From contig OX597818.1 of the NCBI GenBank assembly GCA_951406725.2, positions 136,896,001 through 136,960,000 of the forward strand: DNA of 64,000 nt, given 5' to 3'. Origin of the DNA: Octopus vulgaris (Eukaryota). Shown in pieces: positions 39,240 to 51,634 of this stretch (its first letter is position 1; every line of letters begins with the position of its first letter). The position numbers and the translations under genes are program-made. The notes beneath the pieces are model-generated. The model was not told where the DNA came from, made no database searches, and saw nothing but the letters and a program-made list of their open reading frames with translations.

Positions 39240-39980
39240 AATGAGTGCGCATATATCTGTGTGTGTGAGTGCATATATGTGTGTGTGTGTGTGTGAGTGT
39301 GAGTGCATATATATAACATGTGTGTGTGTGTGAGAGTGCATATATGTAACATGTGTGTGAGTGCATATATATAACTTGTGTGTGTGTGTGAGTGTGTGTG
39401 AGTGCATACATATAACTTGTGTGTGTGTGTGTGTGAGAGTGTATGTATATAACTTGTGTGTGTGTGTGTGTGTGTGTGTGAGAGTGTATGTATATAACTT
39501 GTGTGTGTGTGTGTGAGAGTGCATATATATAACATTTGTGTGTGTGTGTGAGAGTGTATGTATATAACTTGTGTGTGTGTGTGTGTGTGTGTGAGAGTGC
39601 ATATATATAACTTGTGTGTGTGTGTGTGAGAGTGCATATATATAACTTGTGTGTGTGTGTGTGAGTGCATATATATAACTTGTGTGTGTGTGTGTGTGTG
39701 TGTGAGAGTGTATGTATATAACTTGTGTGTGTGTGTGTGTGTGAGAGTGCATATATATAACTTGTGTGTGTGTGTGTGTGTGAGAGTGCATATATATAAC
39801 TTGTGTGTGTGTGTGTGTGAGTGCATATATATAACTTGTGTGTGTGTGTGTGTGTGTGTGAGTGCATATATATAACTTGTGTGTGTGTGCGTGTGTGTGT
39901 GTGAGAGTGCATATATATAACTTTGTGTGTGTGTGTGTGTGTGTGAGAGTGCATATATATAACTTGTGTGTGTGTGTATG
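39240..39980. repeat. Minisatellite: fixed gagtgcatatatataactt motif alternating with variable (GT)n
   Basis: About 20 units; source of the His/Thr-rich artefact ORFs at 39117-40030. Confidence 0.92.
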
Positions 39981-40106
39981 CATGTGTGTATTTTCAATGG
40001 GTGAGTAACATCACGAGATGGTACAATCAAATAAAAGTTCCTGTGAGTGACTTTGTTCTCTTTTTCTATCTTAAAGGGGTATTTTGCATCATACCATTAC
40101 CCCATA

Positions 40107-40411
40107 TCTTTATATATAAAAGTGAAGTTGTGTGAGTGTCTGTCTCCTACGATTTAGATTCCTAACTACTCCCACATTTTGCGGTGCAGTTTAACCAAAA
40201 CCGGGTATCTTATAGTCGTGATTCATATCGAGCCCTTCTGGGTATTAGCGCGCGTCTACGATGAGTCTACGATTTAAAAAATAATTTGACCATCATTTAT
40301 TCCCATTTTTAATGCATTTTTTTTGCTATTATATAAGGGAAGTAACTCTCTAAAAATGCTTATATAGTTATTTCCCTTACAAACCCGAGCAACGCCGGGC
40401 AATACTGCTAG
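40107..40411 (+). mobile_element. Non-autonomous Helitron
   Basis: A|TC ... cccgagcaacgccggg hairpin ... CTAG|T. Confidence 0.9.
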
Positions 40412-40871
40412 TTATTTATAATTTCATTTGCATTTGTGCAACTATGTTAAAAAAAAAAAAGACAAATTTCCTTGCTTATTAATATAAACGATCTGCAGTT
40501 TGTAACAAAATAATTTAATATGTATTTTAATAATTCACTTAGGCATAGTGAGACTAATAACCAGATGCAGAACTATGAACCAGAACACAATGTTATATAA
40601 GTAAGTTGGGATACTTATATATGTTATATAAGTATATGTTATATAAGTATATGTTATATAAGTAATAGAAAACAAAGAGATGACACTGGAAAAACCAAAT
40701 GTTACCTAATGAATTTCATTAGCTTACAGTTGTTTCTGCTACGGTCGACTTTGCTTTTCATCCTTTTGGGGGGGTGAATGAAATAAGTACCAGTTACATA
40801 ATGGGTTCGATGTAATCAACTAACACCCTCCCCTACAATTTCAGGCCTTGTGTTTATAGTTGAAAGGATTA

Positions 40872-40905
<34 letters not shown>

Positions 40906-41154
40906 CATTATTATTATTATTATTATTGTTATTAAGGTGGTGTGTTGACAGAGCTGTTAGGATGCCAGGCACAGTGCTTAGTGACATTTCATCCATCTGC
41001 ACGCCCTGAATTCAAATTTTGCCAAGGTAGACTTTGCCTGTCATCATTTCAGGATCAATACGCTAAGTACCAGCTGAGCAATAGTGTTGCTGTAACTGAC
41101 TTATCTCCTCCCCCAAAATTACTAGCCTTGTGTCAGAATTTGAAAACCATTACT

Positions 41155-41480
41155 GTCAGCGTCACCTCACTGGCACAGGAACAAAATATTTGAGCGAGGT
41201 CGTTGCTAGTGCTGTTGGACTGACTCCTGTGCAGAGGACACGTAAAAAACACCATTTTCGAGCGTGGCCATTGCCAGTACCGCTAGACTGGCCCTCGTGC
41301 CAGTGGAACTTTAAAAGCACCCACTACACTCTTGGAGTGGTTGGCGTTAGGAAGGGCATCCAGCTGTAGAAACTCTGCCAAATCAGACTGGAGCCTGGCG
41401 CAGCCATCTGGTTCGCCAGTCCTCAGTCAAATCGTCCAACCCATGCTAGCATAGAAAGTGGACATTAAACGATGATGATG
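41155..41480 (+). mobile_element. Family D element
   Basis: Diverged units plus tail. Confidence 0.75.
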
Positions 41481-41544
41481 ATAATGATTATGATTATTTC
41501 CCTATTTTCAAACCTTACTGTTGACTTTACTTTGAAAATGGATA

Positions 41545-42058
41545 TCTATATATATAAAACTGTAGTTGTGTGAGTGTCTGTCCCCTTCGATTTAGATTCC
41601 TAACTACTCCCACATTTTGCGGTGCAGTTTAACCAAATTCACGTATCTTATAGTCGTGATTCATATCGAGCCCGTCTGAGTATTAGCGCGCGTCTACGAT
41701 GAGTCTACGATTTTAAAAATAATTTAACATCATTTTTTATTCCATTTTAATGCATATTTTTTTGTGTGTCGATGGCGGCGGAGTTGGCGTCCATGGTCAC
41801 ACCTGCACCTGTGTTGCTTCTCCCCCTTCTTCCCTCCCTCGTGAAGCTGTGGGGAAGGGAGTGTAAGGAAATCAACGTCGTAAAGCGTTGTCAAGGAGAC
41901 CAGCGTTCTTTTAGAACAACGACTTCATGGCTTGAAGTCACCAAAACAGAAATGGCTAAGAAAGCCCGAATTGGCATCTATAAGGGAAGTAACTATCTAA
42001 AAATGCTTATATAGTTATTTCCCTTACAAACCCGAGCAACGCCGGGCGATACTGCTAG
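41545..42058 (+). mobile_element. Non-autonomous Helitron with an extra internal segment
   Basis: A|TC...CTAG|T; colinear with 40107-40411 except for a GC-richer ~215-bp segment at ~41765-41978. Confidence 0.9.
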
Positions 42059-42152
42059 TACAATATACAATATACAAAAACGAATTTACCATTCATAAGT
42101 TTAGAGTTGAGATTCTGAATCTATGAACGGAGAAAATAGTAAAAGAATTTAC

Positions 42153-42245
42153 CTGTTTCTTGCTTCTTCTCTTCGTAATTCTTAAGGAAATCTCGAATGG
42201 AACCATTCCTCCAGCAGCCATTAATTGGTAAGGTTTTCGGACCAC
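42153..42245 (-). CDS. Internal exon (93 bp) of the same crystallin J1 / SelJ-like gene
   Basis: Acceptor gtgtttaatcag|, donor ACAG|gtaaat; phase 1/1. Encodes GGPKTLPINGCWRNGSIRDFLKNYEEKKQET(G), matching the family pattern LPI.GPWR..S...FLKN....K.ETG. Not in the ORF track. Confidence 0.88.
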
Positions 42246-42568
42246 CTGATTAAACACAACAACAACATTAATTATTTGGGATCTGGCCTAGTCTAGTGGT
42301 GATCTGCTCTTGGGCAGGTCCTTGCATGTAAACCTTTACCAACACTTTCTATATAGCCTGAGAGGTTCTGTAACCCTCCTCTGCCACATTAACACCTTAG
42401 CATTTAAACTAGCCCTATCCAGCCCAAATATTCTACCTGTTTTATGCTCAAACCAGCCATATCTGGCCTCTCATACCTACCTAACAATGTCATTTTAAAA
42501 ATATACAACCACATCATCAAAATTTCAAAGGTATGAGATAAGGCATGATTAATTTCTAAACAATAGTA

Positions 42569-43365
42569 GGCGTAGGAGTGGCTGTGTGGTAAGTAGCTTG
42601 CTTACCAACTACATGGTTCTGGGTTCAGTCCTACTGCGTGGCATCTTGGACAAGTGTCTTCTACTATGACCTCGGGCCGACCAAAGCCTTGTGAGTGGAT
42701 TTGGTAGACGTTAACTGAAAGAAGCCCGTCGTATATATGTATATATATATATATATATATATAACGGGAAGCTTTATGAAAATAAACAAAAGACGAAGGC
42801 AGGTGGAAAACAAACGAACAATTGTATTAGTATGGCGCTCAGGAAATATAAATAAAACAAGTCTTTAACGTTTCGAGCCTACGCTCTTCAACAGAAAGAT
42901 ACAGAGAGAGAAAAACACAGAAAGAAGGAGAGAAAAAAAATGCGTGCAGTAGCTAACGAATCAACATGGCGATCTGATTTCGGCCAGAGGTCAAAGATCA
43001 AACATGAGACGCGAGAGCGAAATAAGGGGAGATAATAGGGTTGATAAATGGGTTGAGGGACCAGCTAAAAGTGCGTGGGAGGGGTCTGGATGTATGTATG
43101 TATAGGGTTGGTGTATGTATTAATATATATATATATGTGCGTGTGTGTATGTTTGTGTGTCCGTGTTTGTCCCCGAACATCGCTTGACAACCGATGCTGG
43201 TGTGTTTAAGTCCCCGTAGCTTAGCGGTTCAGCAAAACCTGACTGATAGAATAAGTACTAGGCTTACAAAGAATAAGTCCCGGGGTCAATTTGCTCGACT
43301 AAAGGCGGTGCTCCTCCAGCATGGCCACAGTCAAATGACTGAAACAAGTAAAAGAGTAAAAGAGT
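42569..43365 (+). mobile_element. SINE family A interrupted in its (TA)n tract by a Penelope-like fragment (~42763-43110)
   Basis: Both halves of SINE A flank a foreign segment carrying a minimal hammerhead-like motif. Confidence 0.8.
42862..42899 (-). ncRNA. Minimal variant hammerhead-like motif
   Basis: Minus strand tcttt CTGTTGA a gagc gtag gctc GAAA cgtt aaaga: stems I and II pair, stem III is the palindrome AACGTT, core has T at position A6. Homologues at 59920-59955 (-), 37494-37529 (+) and 4030-4065 (-). Confidence 0.55.
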
Positions 43366-44134
43366 AGAATATAAATAAATAAGCTTTATATTTGACAGAA
43401 AATACTGGAATGGTTTCCCATTGCCTTCTCTCGGCAGGTTGGATTTGAACTCAGAATGTGGACAGCTAGGAGATATACTGCAAAGCATTTCTGCGACTCT
43501 CACATGCACAGAGCAATGTGAAATGAAGTGTTTTGCTCAAGAACACAACATGCTGTTTGGTCTGGGAATTGAACCTGTCATCCAATGATTGTCAGTGCAA
43601 CACCCTAACCACTAGGCCACACTTAGTGGTTAGGGCATTGCACTCACAATCGTTTTCAAAAGACAGAATTAACTGGGTGCAGGAATGGTAGATTGGTAAC
43701 CACATAGTTCCAGGATTCTGTCCCACAATGTGGCACATTAGGTAAGCACCTACTACTGTAGACATAATCTGACCAAAAGCCTTGTTGATAGATTTGGTAG
43801 TCAGAAACCGAAAGGAGTTTGTCTCTGTGTGTGTGTCACTGTCTTGACATTATGCGATGACTGTTCTAAACAAATGTCATCATCTTCTAAGTGTTGTTCA
43901 TTTCCAGTCTTCCATGAGAAATATGTCTGGTTATGGGGAAAATATTATCTTGCTTAGAAACAGAAGAGGGTTGGCAACAGGGAAGGGCATCCAGCTGAAG
44001 GAAACCTGCCACAACAAATTCTGTCAAACCCATGCAAGCAGAGAAAAGTGAAGGTTTTCATGCAAGGAAACTATAAGTGGCCAGCACCACTGCTTTTATA
44101 TAATCATTGTTTAACATCTCTTGTTAAGGTTATC

Positions 44135-44490
44135 ATCACCATCATCATTATCGTTTAACGTCCGTTTTCCATGCTAGCATGGGTTGGACGGTTTGACTAA
44201 GGTCTGGAGAGCCAGCGGCTACACCAGGCTTCAATCTGATCTGGCAATGTTTCTAGAGTTTGATGTCCTTCCTAATGGCAACCACTCTAAGAGTGTAGTG
44301 GGTGCTTTTTACGTGCCATCGGCACAGGAGCCAGTCAGGTCGGCCTGGCATCGATCACATTTGGATGGTGCTTTTTAAATGCCACCAACATGGGAGCCAG
44401 TCAGGAGCCACTGGCATCGGCCACACTCACATAGTGCTTTTTACATGCATTATATGTGGCACCAGCATGAGTGCTTTTCATGTGGCACCT
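44135..44490 (-). mobile_element. Family D element (diverged)
   Basis: Tail plus units. Confidence 0.7.
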
Positions 44491-45973
44491 GGTATATATA
44501 AAATATGGCAGTGTGATTAAGAAGTGTACTTTTCAACCATATGGTTTCAGGTTCAGTTCCACTAAGCAGTATCTTAGGCACCTGTGCTGACCAAAGTCTT
44601 GTGATTAAATTTGGCAGACAAAAACTGAAAGAAGTTCATTGTGTGAGTGTGCACGCACACACACACGCAAAACAAAAGATAGGATACCTGGCAATATGAG
44701 GTTCTCAGAAAGATATGTCCCCTTCAGCTAAATTGAATTCTGGAATACTACATGTATTGTACTTTTCACCCACATGCTACAGAGATTTCCCCATCCTTGC
44801 CACAGCCAAATTACCTCACATTGTGCACTATACCAACCTCTCTCCACCCCTGGCTCCTGCAAATGACCCAACCATGTCCTTTCTCTCTTGTCCTACCTCT
44901 GCCAAATGTATCATCAGTACTATCCTGTTGCTTGTCCCCCCCTCCACCACCACCACATTCTCTCCTGCATTTCTCTGTCTTCCCCAAACCCTTGGCTCAC
45001 TGATCATCCACCCTTCAATTCTATTCAATTTTTACAGTTGCAGTCTGCTTCCTCAGCCCTTCATTTCCTACTCCCTACACAATCTTGCAAATCACCCATT
45101 TCTACTCACCATATGCCTTGATGGTTCACTGGATTCATTATCACTGTCTTTCGGTTTTTTGGCTTGTACTGATCATTTCTCTTTTCTGCTTCCACTCTCC
45201 TACAAACTGTGAGTGGCCATGCAGATCCTTTACAACTTTCTCTCATCTCCCATCCTTCTCCTACTCTCATCCCCTAGCATAAAGCTTACCCCACCTTCCC
45301 TGGGGTCCATAGTCCTGCAAGCTTCATGGTGACCTCAATAATGCTTGTTGCATGAAACAAAATACAATAAACAACAACCAGTACACACTGTAATGTGGTC
45401 AGCATTAGAAAGGGCATCCACCCATAGAAACCATGCTGAAGTGGACATTGGAGCACGATGTAATCTTTGGATCCAACAGATCCTGTCAAACTGTCCAACT
45501 CAGGCCAGCATGGAACATGGATACTAAACAATGGTCAGGATGATAATACCTGCCAAGAGAACAGAAACTTCAAACTTTAAAGAATATAATGTACTATTTG
45601 CTGGATAATTGAATACTCTATCCTCTACTATAAGCCTTACTCTCACAAACAAACCGACAGTATCACACACACACGATTCTGGAAATTTAAACTACCACAC
45701 ACACACAAACATGCATACAATCCTGGAAGTAGAAGGGAACTGTGTATAGATTATCTCTAATTTTGTAAACATAATGTTGAGTTGAGGAGGTATAGAACAA
45801 TGGTACACAAAGGTAATATTTACCCCCACTTAAACGTAGATGTTCTATTAGAACAAACTATACTGTGGTAGTTACTATGAAAAAAACTCTCATATTAGCC
45901 AAGCTAACACAGGCCAATATGAGAGTTTCTTTTATGGTAACTACACTGTATAGTTTGTTATAATAGAACATCT

Positions 45974-46395
45974 GGATCTTTTCGGTTTGAACGGCAGTTT
46001 TTTAAAATAATTTTCACATAACTAAACACTTTTAAATTTCGTATACTGGTAGAATGTGTTTATAAAACATATTTTCTCTTGGCTTTATTGAGAAAATTCT
46101 ATAGTTTGTAAGATATTTGTTGTTTTTTTTCTTCAATTTCTGCAATTTCAATCAATCAATGGCGTCCATTGAGGTGAAAACATTCTGTGCCGTATGAATA
46201 TGTCCTTCGTTTCAGAAACAAATTGGGTTTATTTACATTTCTGAAAAAAAAAAAAAAAAAGATACCCTTCCCCCACCCCTAACCCTAACCCTAAAACAGA
46301 TTGAAATGCAACAGATCGATACTAGGGTCATAATTATGGGTGATAATTTCATATGACACCGCTAGAAAAAACTGCTGTTCAGACCAAAAAGATCC
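45974..46395. mobile_element. MITE with ~29-bp TIRs and 8-bp TSD
   Basis: GGATCTTTTCGGTTTGAACGGCAGTTTTT / AAAAACTGCTGTTCAGACCAAAAAGATCC; TSD gaacatct 45966-45973 and gaacatcc 46396-46403. Confidence 0.85.
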
Positions 46396-46782
46396 GAACA
46401 TCCACGTTTATGTGGGGATAAATATTAACGCTTGTTATATAATGATACAGAAGTGTGGATGGTTGAGTCAGTAGTGTACCTGTGAGTAAACAACCAGGTG
46501 AGAAATCAGTGGTTGGTGTGTGGTTCATGTTGTACTAATTGTCGTATATCTTAGCTGTCACTAACAATGAAGATGTTGTGAACAGACAATTGGAGTATGG
46601 TCAGCTCCATGTCAAACCGTCCAACCCATACCGGCATGGAAAACAGACGTTAAGCGATGACGATAGAGTTGTCACCAGTGAATCTAAATGCAAGTTATTA
46701 GCAGCACATGGTTAAGATTTTCATGGTTAAGATTAAGTAAAATGGTTAAGATTAAGTAAAATGGTTAAGATTTTCATGGTTA

Positions 46783-47238
46783 ATAATAATAATAATAATA
46801 ATTGTGTACAGTGCTCAGGTGCACTACAACTCATCTAAAGTGTATATATAATCAGGTGTAGTTTCGGCGGATTTCGGAAAGCATGAGGGCCTTAAAAGAT
46901 GCAGTGTCATGGCAGTCAACAACTGACGCAGGCAGTTTATTCCATGCTTCAGCAACTCTGAGCGTGAAAAATGTTTCCGAAAGTCATGGGAGCTGTATTG
47001 TTTTCTGACTTTGTAGGCATGTCCACGTGTGTTAGACACATGGAGATCAAAAAGGTGTTCAGTGTTGTTGTTGGTGAGGTGGTTGATAACTTTGTGGGTG
47101 TTTACCAAGTCCGTCGCCAAACGCCGGAGCTTCAGTGAATCCATGCCCAGGGAAACAAGGTGCTCAGAATATGGTAGGTGTCTGATGGAGGGTATGCGTT
47201 TGGTTGCACGTCTCTGGACAGATTCCAGGAGGTCAATA
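46783..47238 (-). mobile_element. CR1-clade LINE 3' end
   Basis: LESVQRRATKRIP...YSE.L..LG.DSL..RRL..DL...NTRGH..K; (ATT)n tail; aagtaaaatggttaagattttca on both flanks. Confidence 0.88.
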
Positions 47239-47808
47239 AAGTAAAATGGTTAAGATTTTCAATTAGAAACATTAAATAAAGTTTGATACTTTATAAGCAT
47301 GAAAATAAAATAAGGATAAAATGTGTAAATTTTTTTTTCTGATCTAGGACGTGAGCTTATAAAATATCAAATCTCAATTTAATTTAAAGCAGATATGGTT
47401 ATTTTAAGTTAGAAGGGAGAAAGTAAAGATCGAAGGATGTAATTATAAGATTTGAATAAATGAGCATTTGGTCAGTAATCCAGCACCTCATATTCCAGCT
47501 GGTAAAAATAACAAAAGTGAGTAGGAAATTAAAATCCCCTGAGCGAAACAAATTTAATAATATAGCATAAATAATTAAGAAATACTAATAATTCTTTTCC
47601 TAAATATCGAAGAATTGACATTGAGTTGTCTCTCTTAGAGTGAAGGAGTTATCTTCCTTACATTTTCTCAGTTATGTCCCTTACATTTTTATTCTCTTAT
47701 AATGTGAACTAATTGAGAACAAGCAAAACATTTATCGATTCCCCAATCAATAATTTCAACATCAGATCATAATAAAATCGAACTTGATGAAATAATATTT
47801 AATAGTTA

Positions 47809-48215
47809 ATGATCCATAAAATTATCAACCATCGTACAAATAATAACTCTGAGCACCTCTTCAAACTCCACCCGTCTAACACCCGTGGACATATTTACAA
47901 AGTCAGAAAACAGCACAGCTCCCATGACTTCAGGAAACATTTTTTCACGCTAAGAGTTGCTGAAGCATGGAACAAACTGCCGGCATCAGTTGTTAGTTGT
48001 CGGAGCACTGCATCCTTCAAAACTTCCATACTTTCTGAGATTCGCCAACACTACACTTGATTTTCTCCCCTCCATACACACGCAAGCATGTATCTGACTC
48101 ATACATTGTTCGCTTTCCAGGCATTTCTACATTACTGCATGTACTTTATATGCACTTTCTGACAAGTTGTGGTGCACCTGAGCACTGTATACAATTAATT
48201 TCATTATATTATATA
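47809..48215 (+). mobile_element. CR1-clade LINE 3' end
   Basis: HKII...SNTRGHIYKVRKQHSSHDFRKHFFTLRVAEAWNKLP; 3' UTR ends gttgtggtgcacctgagcactgtatacaat, as in the opposite-strand copy. Confidence 0.88.
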
Positions 48216-49350
48216 TTGTCTCTACACTACATAAACATTTCTATATAATTGCATTATTACTTTCTGTTGTGAATGGGTTAACATTAACAACAATTAAGCC
48301 ACTTAAAAGTATTGGGATCTCACAAAGAAGTAATGAATGGCCAATGCGGAAGGGTCTTAAAATGAGTTGTTAGCTTTCCTATGAATAAAATATTTAATAT
48401 TTTATTATAAATATTATATTTAGTATGTTTCTTAAATGGCTTATAAACACCTTCCACGCTGCAATTGTTTTCGTTCCGGCACACAATCTCAGATCAGGTC
48501 ACTGGCTATGCAAGTACATCTCCGTAATATATTCTAAATACATTTAAAAGAAGAAAATCTTGGTTGGAATTCATATATATATGTAAGAAATTGCAGTATC
48601 ACTGAGCAGAAAACATAACTGTATGAATAACCATGGTTCAATACAATTTCCATTTGTGCTTTCCTAAAAATTTAACATAGATGGGATTAATCCGTGCAAA
48701 TTTAAAGAGAGCCAGATGTTAGCTATGTATCTCCTTAATTGCAAGACACCTATTTCTGTCCCTCTACTCATATTCTAACCTTTCAAATAGTCACCTTCCC
48801 CAGTACTACTCTCCACTCAGCTGAGGGAGTCTTGTTTTGAAAATTATTTGGTGATCTCAATGTTGCTGGTGCCATGTAAAAAGCACTCAGTATATACTAT
48901 AAAGTGGTTAGTATTAGGAGACTGAGCTGTGGAGACCATGCCAAAGCAGACAATGGTGTTTGGAGCAGTCTCTTGACTTGTTAGCTCCTGTCAAACCATC
49001 CAACCCAGGCCAGTATGGAAAACAGACGTTAATTGAAGAATGAAAATGAAATGAATGATGTTGGAAGGGATAGTGTAAGAAGACATGGATAATAAAAACC
49101 AAACCATTGCATAAAAATTAGCTTCTCTTTCATTAAAATAATTAGCTGTTTTTAATTAAATAATTTTCTTGGGTAAAAAATGGGTAGGGGTGTTGGTGAA
49201 ACACCATTTGGAGTGTGGAGGTGTTGAGCTACAAAGTGCTGAAAACCCTTGCCTTAACATAACAAATGAGACTTGAGTATACTATGAGAGAATATACATG
49301 CATATATTATCTTCCATTCTCCCATCTTTTCCCTGTCCATTATATTATTA

Positions 49351-49691
49351 CTAGTGCATGCATATACAGCTGTGTGCGTGTGCACATACATGTGAGTACT
49401 GTCCAAATCTCCAACCAATCACATACAGCTAGCTGGCATTCAATTGGCGTATCAAGTTTCAGGCATTTTGATTGGGTTTTGGATAGAAAATTCACAAAAA
49501 AGTCACTTCTATGGATTTTTTATTAGCTTTGCAGAGTGACTGGGGAAATGTAAAGATGTGCACGACCACCCTTGGACGGTTTTGAATGACCATAGAAAGT
49601 GCGAGCCCTCTAACTGAAAAATTGTGGATTTTTATAAAGGACACGCACACACACACAGAGACAGACATTTTGCCGTTTATATATATAGGGA
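49351..49691 (-). mobile_element. Probable Helitron of another subfamily
   Basis: 5' end tccctatatatataaacggcaaaatgtctgtc resembles the other Helitron 5' ends; candidate CTAG 3' end at 49351 with adjacent hairpin. Confidence 0.5.
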
Positions 49692-49802
49692 TTATTCTAT
49701 TGCTCTTCACCCCTTCTATACTGTCAGTCAGTACAAACTCTTCTTGATCTCCCATCCAACACATCTGTAGCACTGATCATCCTCCATCATTTACTATATT
49801 CA

Positions 49803-49951
49803 CAGAGCCGGCTCGAGGAACCAGCAACCTGGGAAGTCGCCTGGGGCGCCAAGGAGGGCATGACAAAGATAAGTAAATTTCCATGACTCTCAGCTTGTAC
49901 ATGCCGAAGTTCAGCTTGCCCGGGGAACCAGCAACCCTAGGGCCAACCCTG
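49803..49951. mobile_element. Short hAT-like MITE
   Basis: CAG...CTG termini with GC-rich imperfect TIRs; 8-bp flanks tatattca/catagtca; second copy at ~53069-53234. Confidence 0.6.
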
Positions 49952-50376
49952 CATAGTCACCCCTTAACCTTACTCAAACTCTATTCATCATCTACTCACC
50001 CCTACATTCCATTTAACTCTTATTTGTCATCAAGCCCCATTCAACCCTTGTTTAGCATTTGGTATATTCATCCCATCCTACCCTATCTCTCACTCCCCTC
50101 ACATACTCTTGCAACTTCTTGTTTTTCTGTCCCCAGATCCTCCCCTGATACCTTGTCACTAATTTTTATTGTTTTTTCCAGCTTCATCCATACAGCAAGA
50201 TACTTGTTCTGGACCCTTCCTCATACATTTTTTTATCATCTATCACAAAGTAGTCTGATGCCATGGAAAAGTATGCAGCACCCTCTGTAAAGTGGAAAGG
50301 GTATCAAAACAGACTCCCTTATAGACATCATGTTACATAAAATCTTACTAGAAAAATATATAAATTTATTTCAAAA

Positions 50377-50769
50377 CTAGCAGTATCGCCCAGCGTTGCT
50401 CAGGTTTGTTTCGACCCTTTAGCATTGGAATTTTTGAAAAGTAAAAATTTTGCATTATGTAGCTTGTTATTCTCTTTAAGTGAACATTTTTCTGGTTGAA
50501 ATACACCGAAAAACAGCGACACAGCAGTAAAAAAATCGTAAACAATAGGGATTTTCTTAGAAAAAAAACACCTTTTTGATGTAAATAATTTTTGGTGTTA
50601 ACATGGTCCGATTTGAATTTTTTCTTCTACGGAAGGAAGAGCAAGCCTTCTTCTATCATACTCTCAATTTTGGTCAACTTGTGCCACTGGGTTACGGAGG
50701 AGATAGTGTTAGTTGAAGGTTACCAAACCTGCCACACACATACAGACATCAGCTTTATATATATAGAGA
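50377..50769 (-). mobile_element. Non-autonomous Helitron
   Basis: Same 3' hairpin-CTAG end as the other copies but a different body; TC 5' end. Confidence 0.85.
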
Positions 50770-51059
50770 TAACACCTACCAAGAAGGACAAATGAATAAG
50801 CAGGACAAGAGGAAACATGGGACAGAGAGTCACCGCTGAGGTCACAGAATGTGCGAGAGAAGAACATTGACAATCATACAAATTAAAAGTAATGCAAATA
50901 AAAACTAAAGTGAATATCAAATAAATGGTGTGCTTAATTGGCAAAAAAAATAAGGACCATTCACAAATATAATAATAGCCACAGTTGCTACAAGAATATA
51001 ATCTGTAAACAATGCGACAAACTGGATGATTAACAAAAAAATATATAAAAGTTGTTTTT

Positions 51060-51325
51060 CTTTTATTCTTTTATTTGTTTCAGTCATTTGACTGCGGCCA
51101 TGCTGGAGCACTGCCTTTAGTCGAGTAAATCGACCCCAGGACTTATTCTTTGTAAGCCTAGTACTTATGCTGTCTCTCTTGCCGAACCGCTAAGTGACAA
51201 GGATGCAAATACACCAGCATCAGTTGTCAAGTGATGTTGGGGGACTAACACAAGACACACAAACACACATATATATACATATATACATAAATATACATCT
51301 ATATACATATACACATAAATATACA

Positions 51326-51422
<97 letters not shown>

Positions 51423-51584
51423 GACGTGCTTCGTTCAGTTTCTGTCAAACAAATCCACTCACAAGGCTTTGGTCGGCCTGAGGCTATAGTAGAAGACACT
51501 TGCCCAAGGTGCCACACAGTGGGACCGAACCCAGAACCATGTGGTTGGTAAGCAAGCTACTTACCACACAGCCACTCCTGCGCC
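51060..51584 (-). mobile_element. SINE family A with expanded (TA)n
   Basis: Full-length copy starting ~50 bp downstream (in transcript) of the 81-bp exon's donor site. Confidence 0.88.
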
Positions 51585-51634
51585 TATGGTTCATAATATT
51601 AAAAAAAAAAAAAGAAAAGCAAAATGTTACTTAC

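Noticed and set aside
39240-39980. Repeat-spacer pattern resembling CRISPR
   Set aside because: The spacers are only (GT)n of varying length.
44715-45212. 165-aa plus-strand ORF (also the 135-aa ORF at 49883-50290)
   Set aside because: Pyrimidine-rich low-complexity sequence, probably the antisense strand of decayed LINE DNA; no domain signal.
46277-46293. Telomeric (CCCTAA)n repeat
   Set aside because: Fewer than three units and internal to a MITE.
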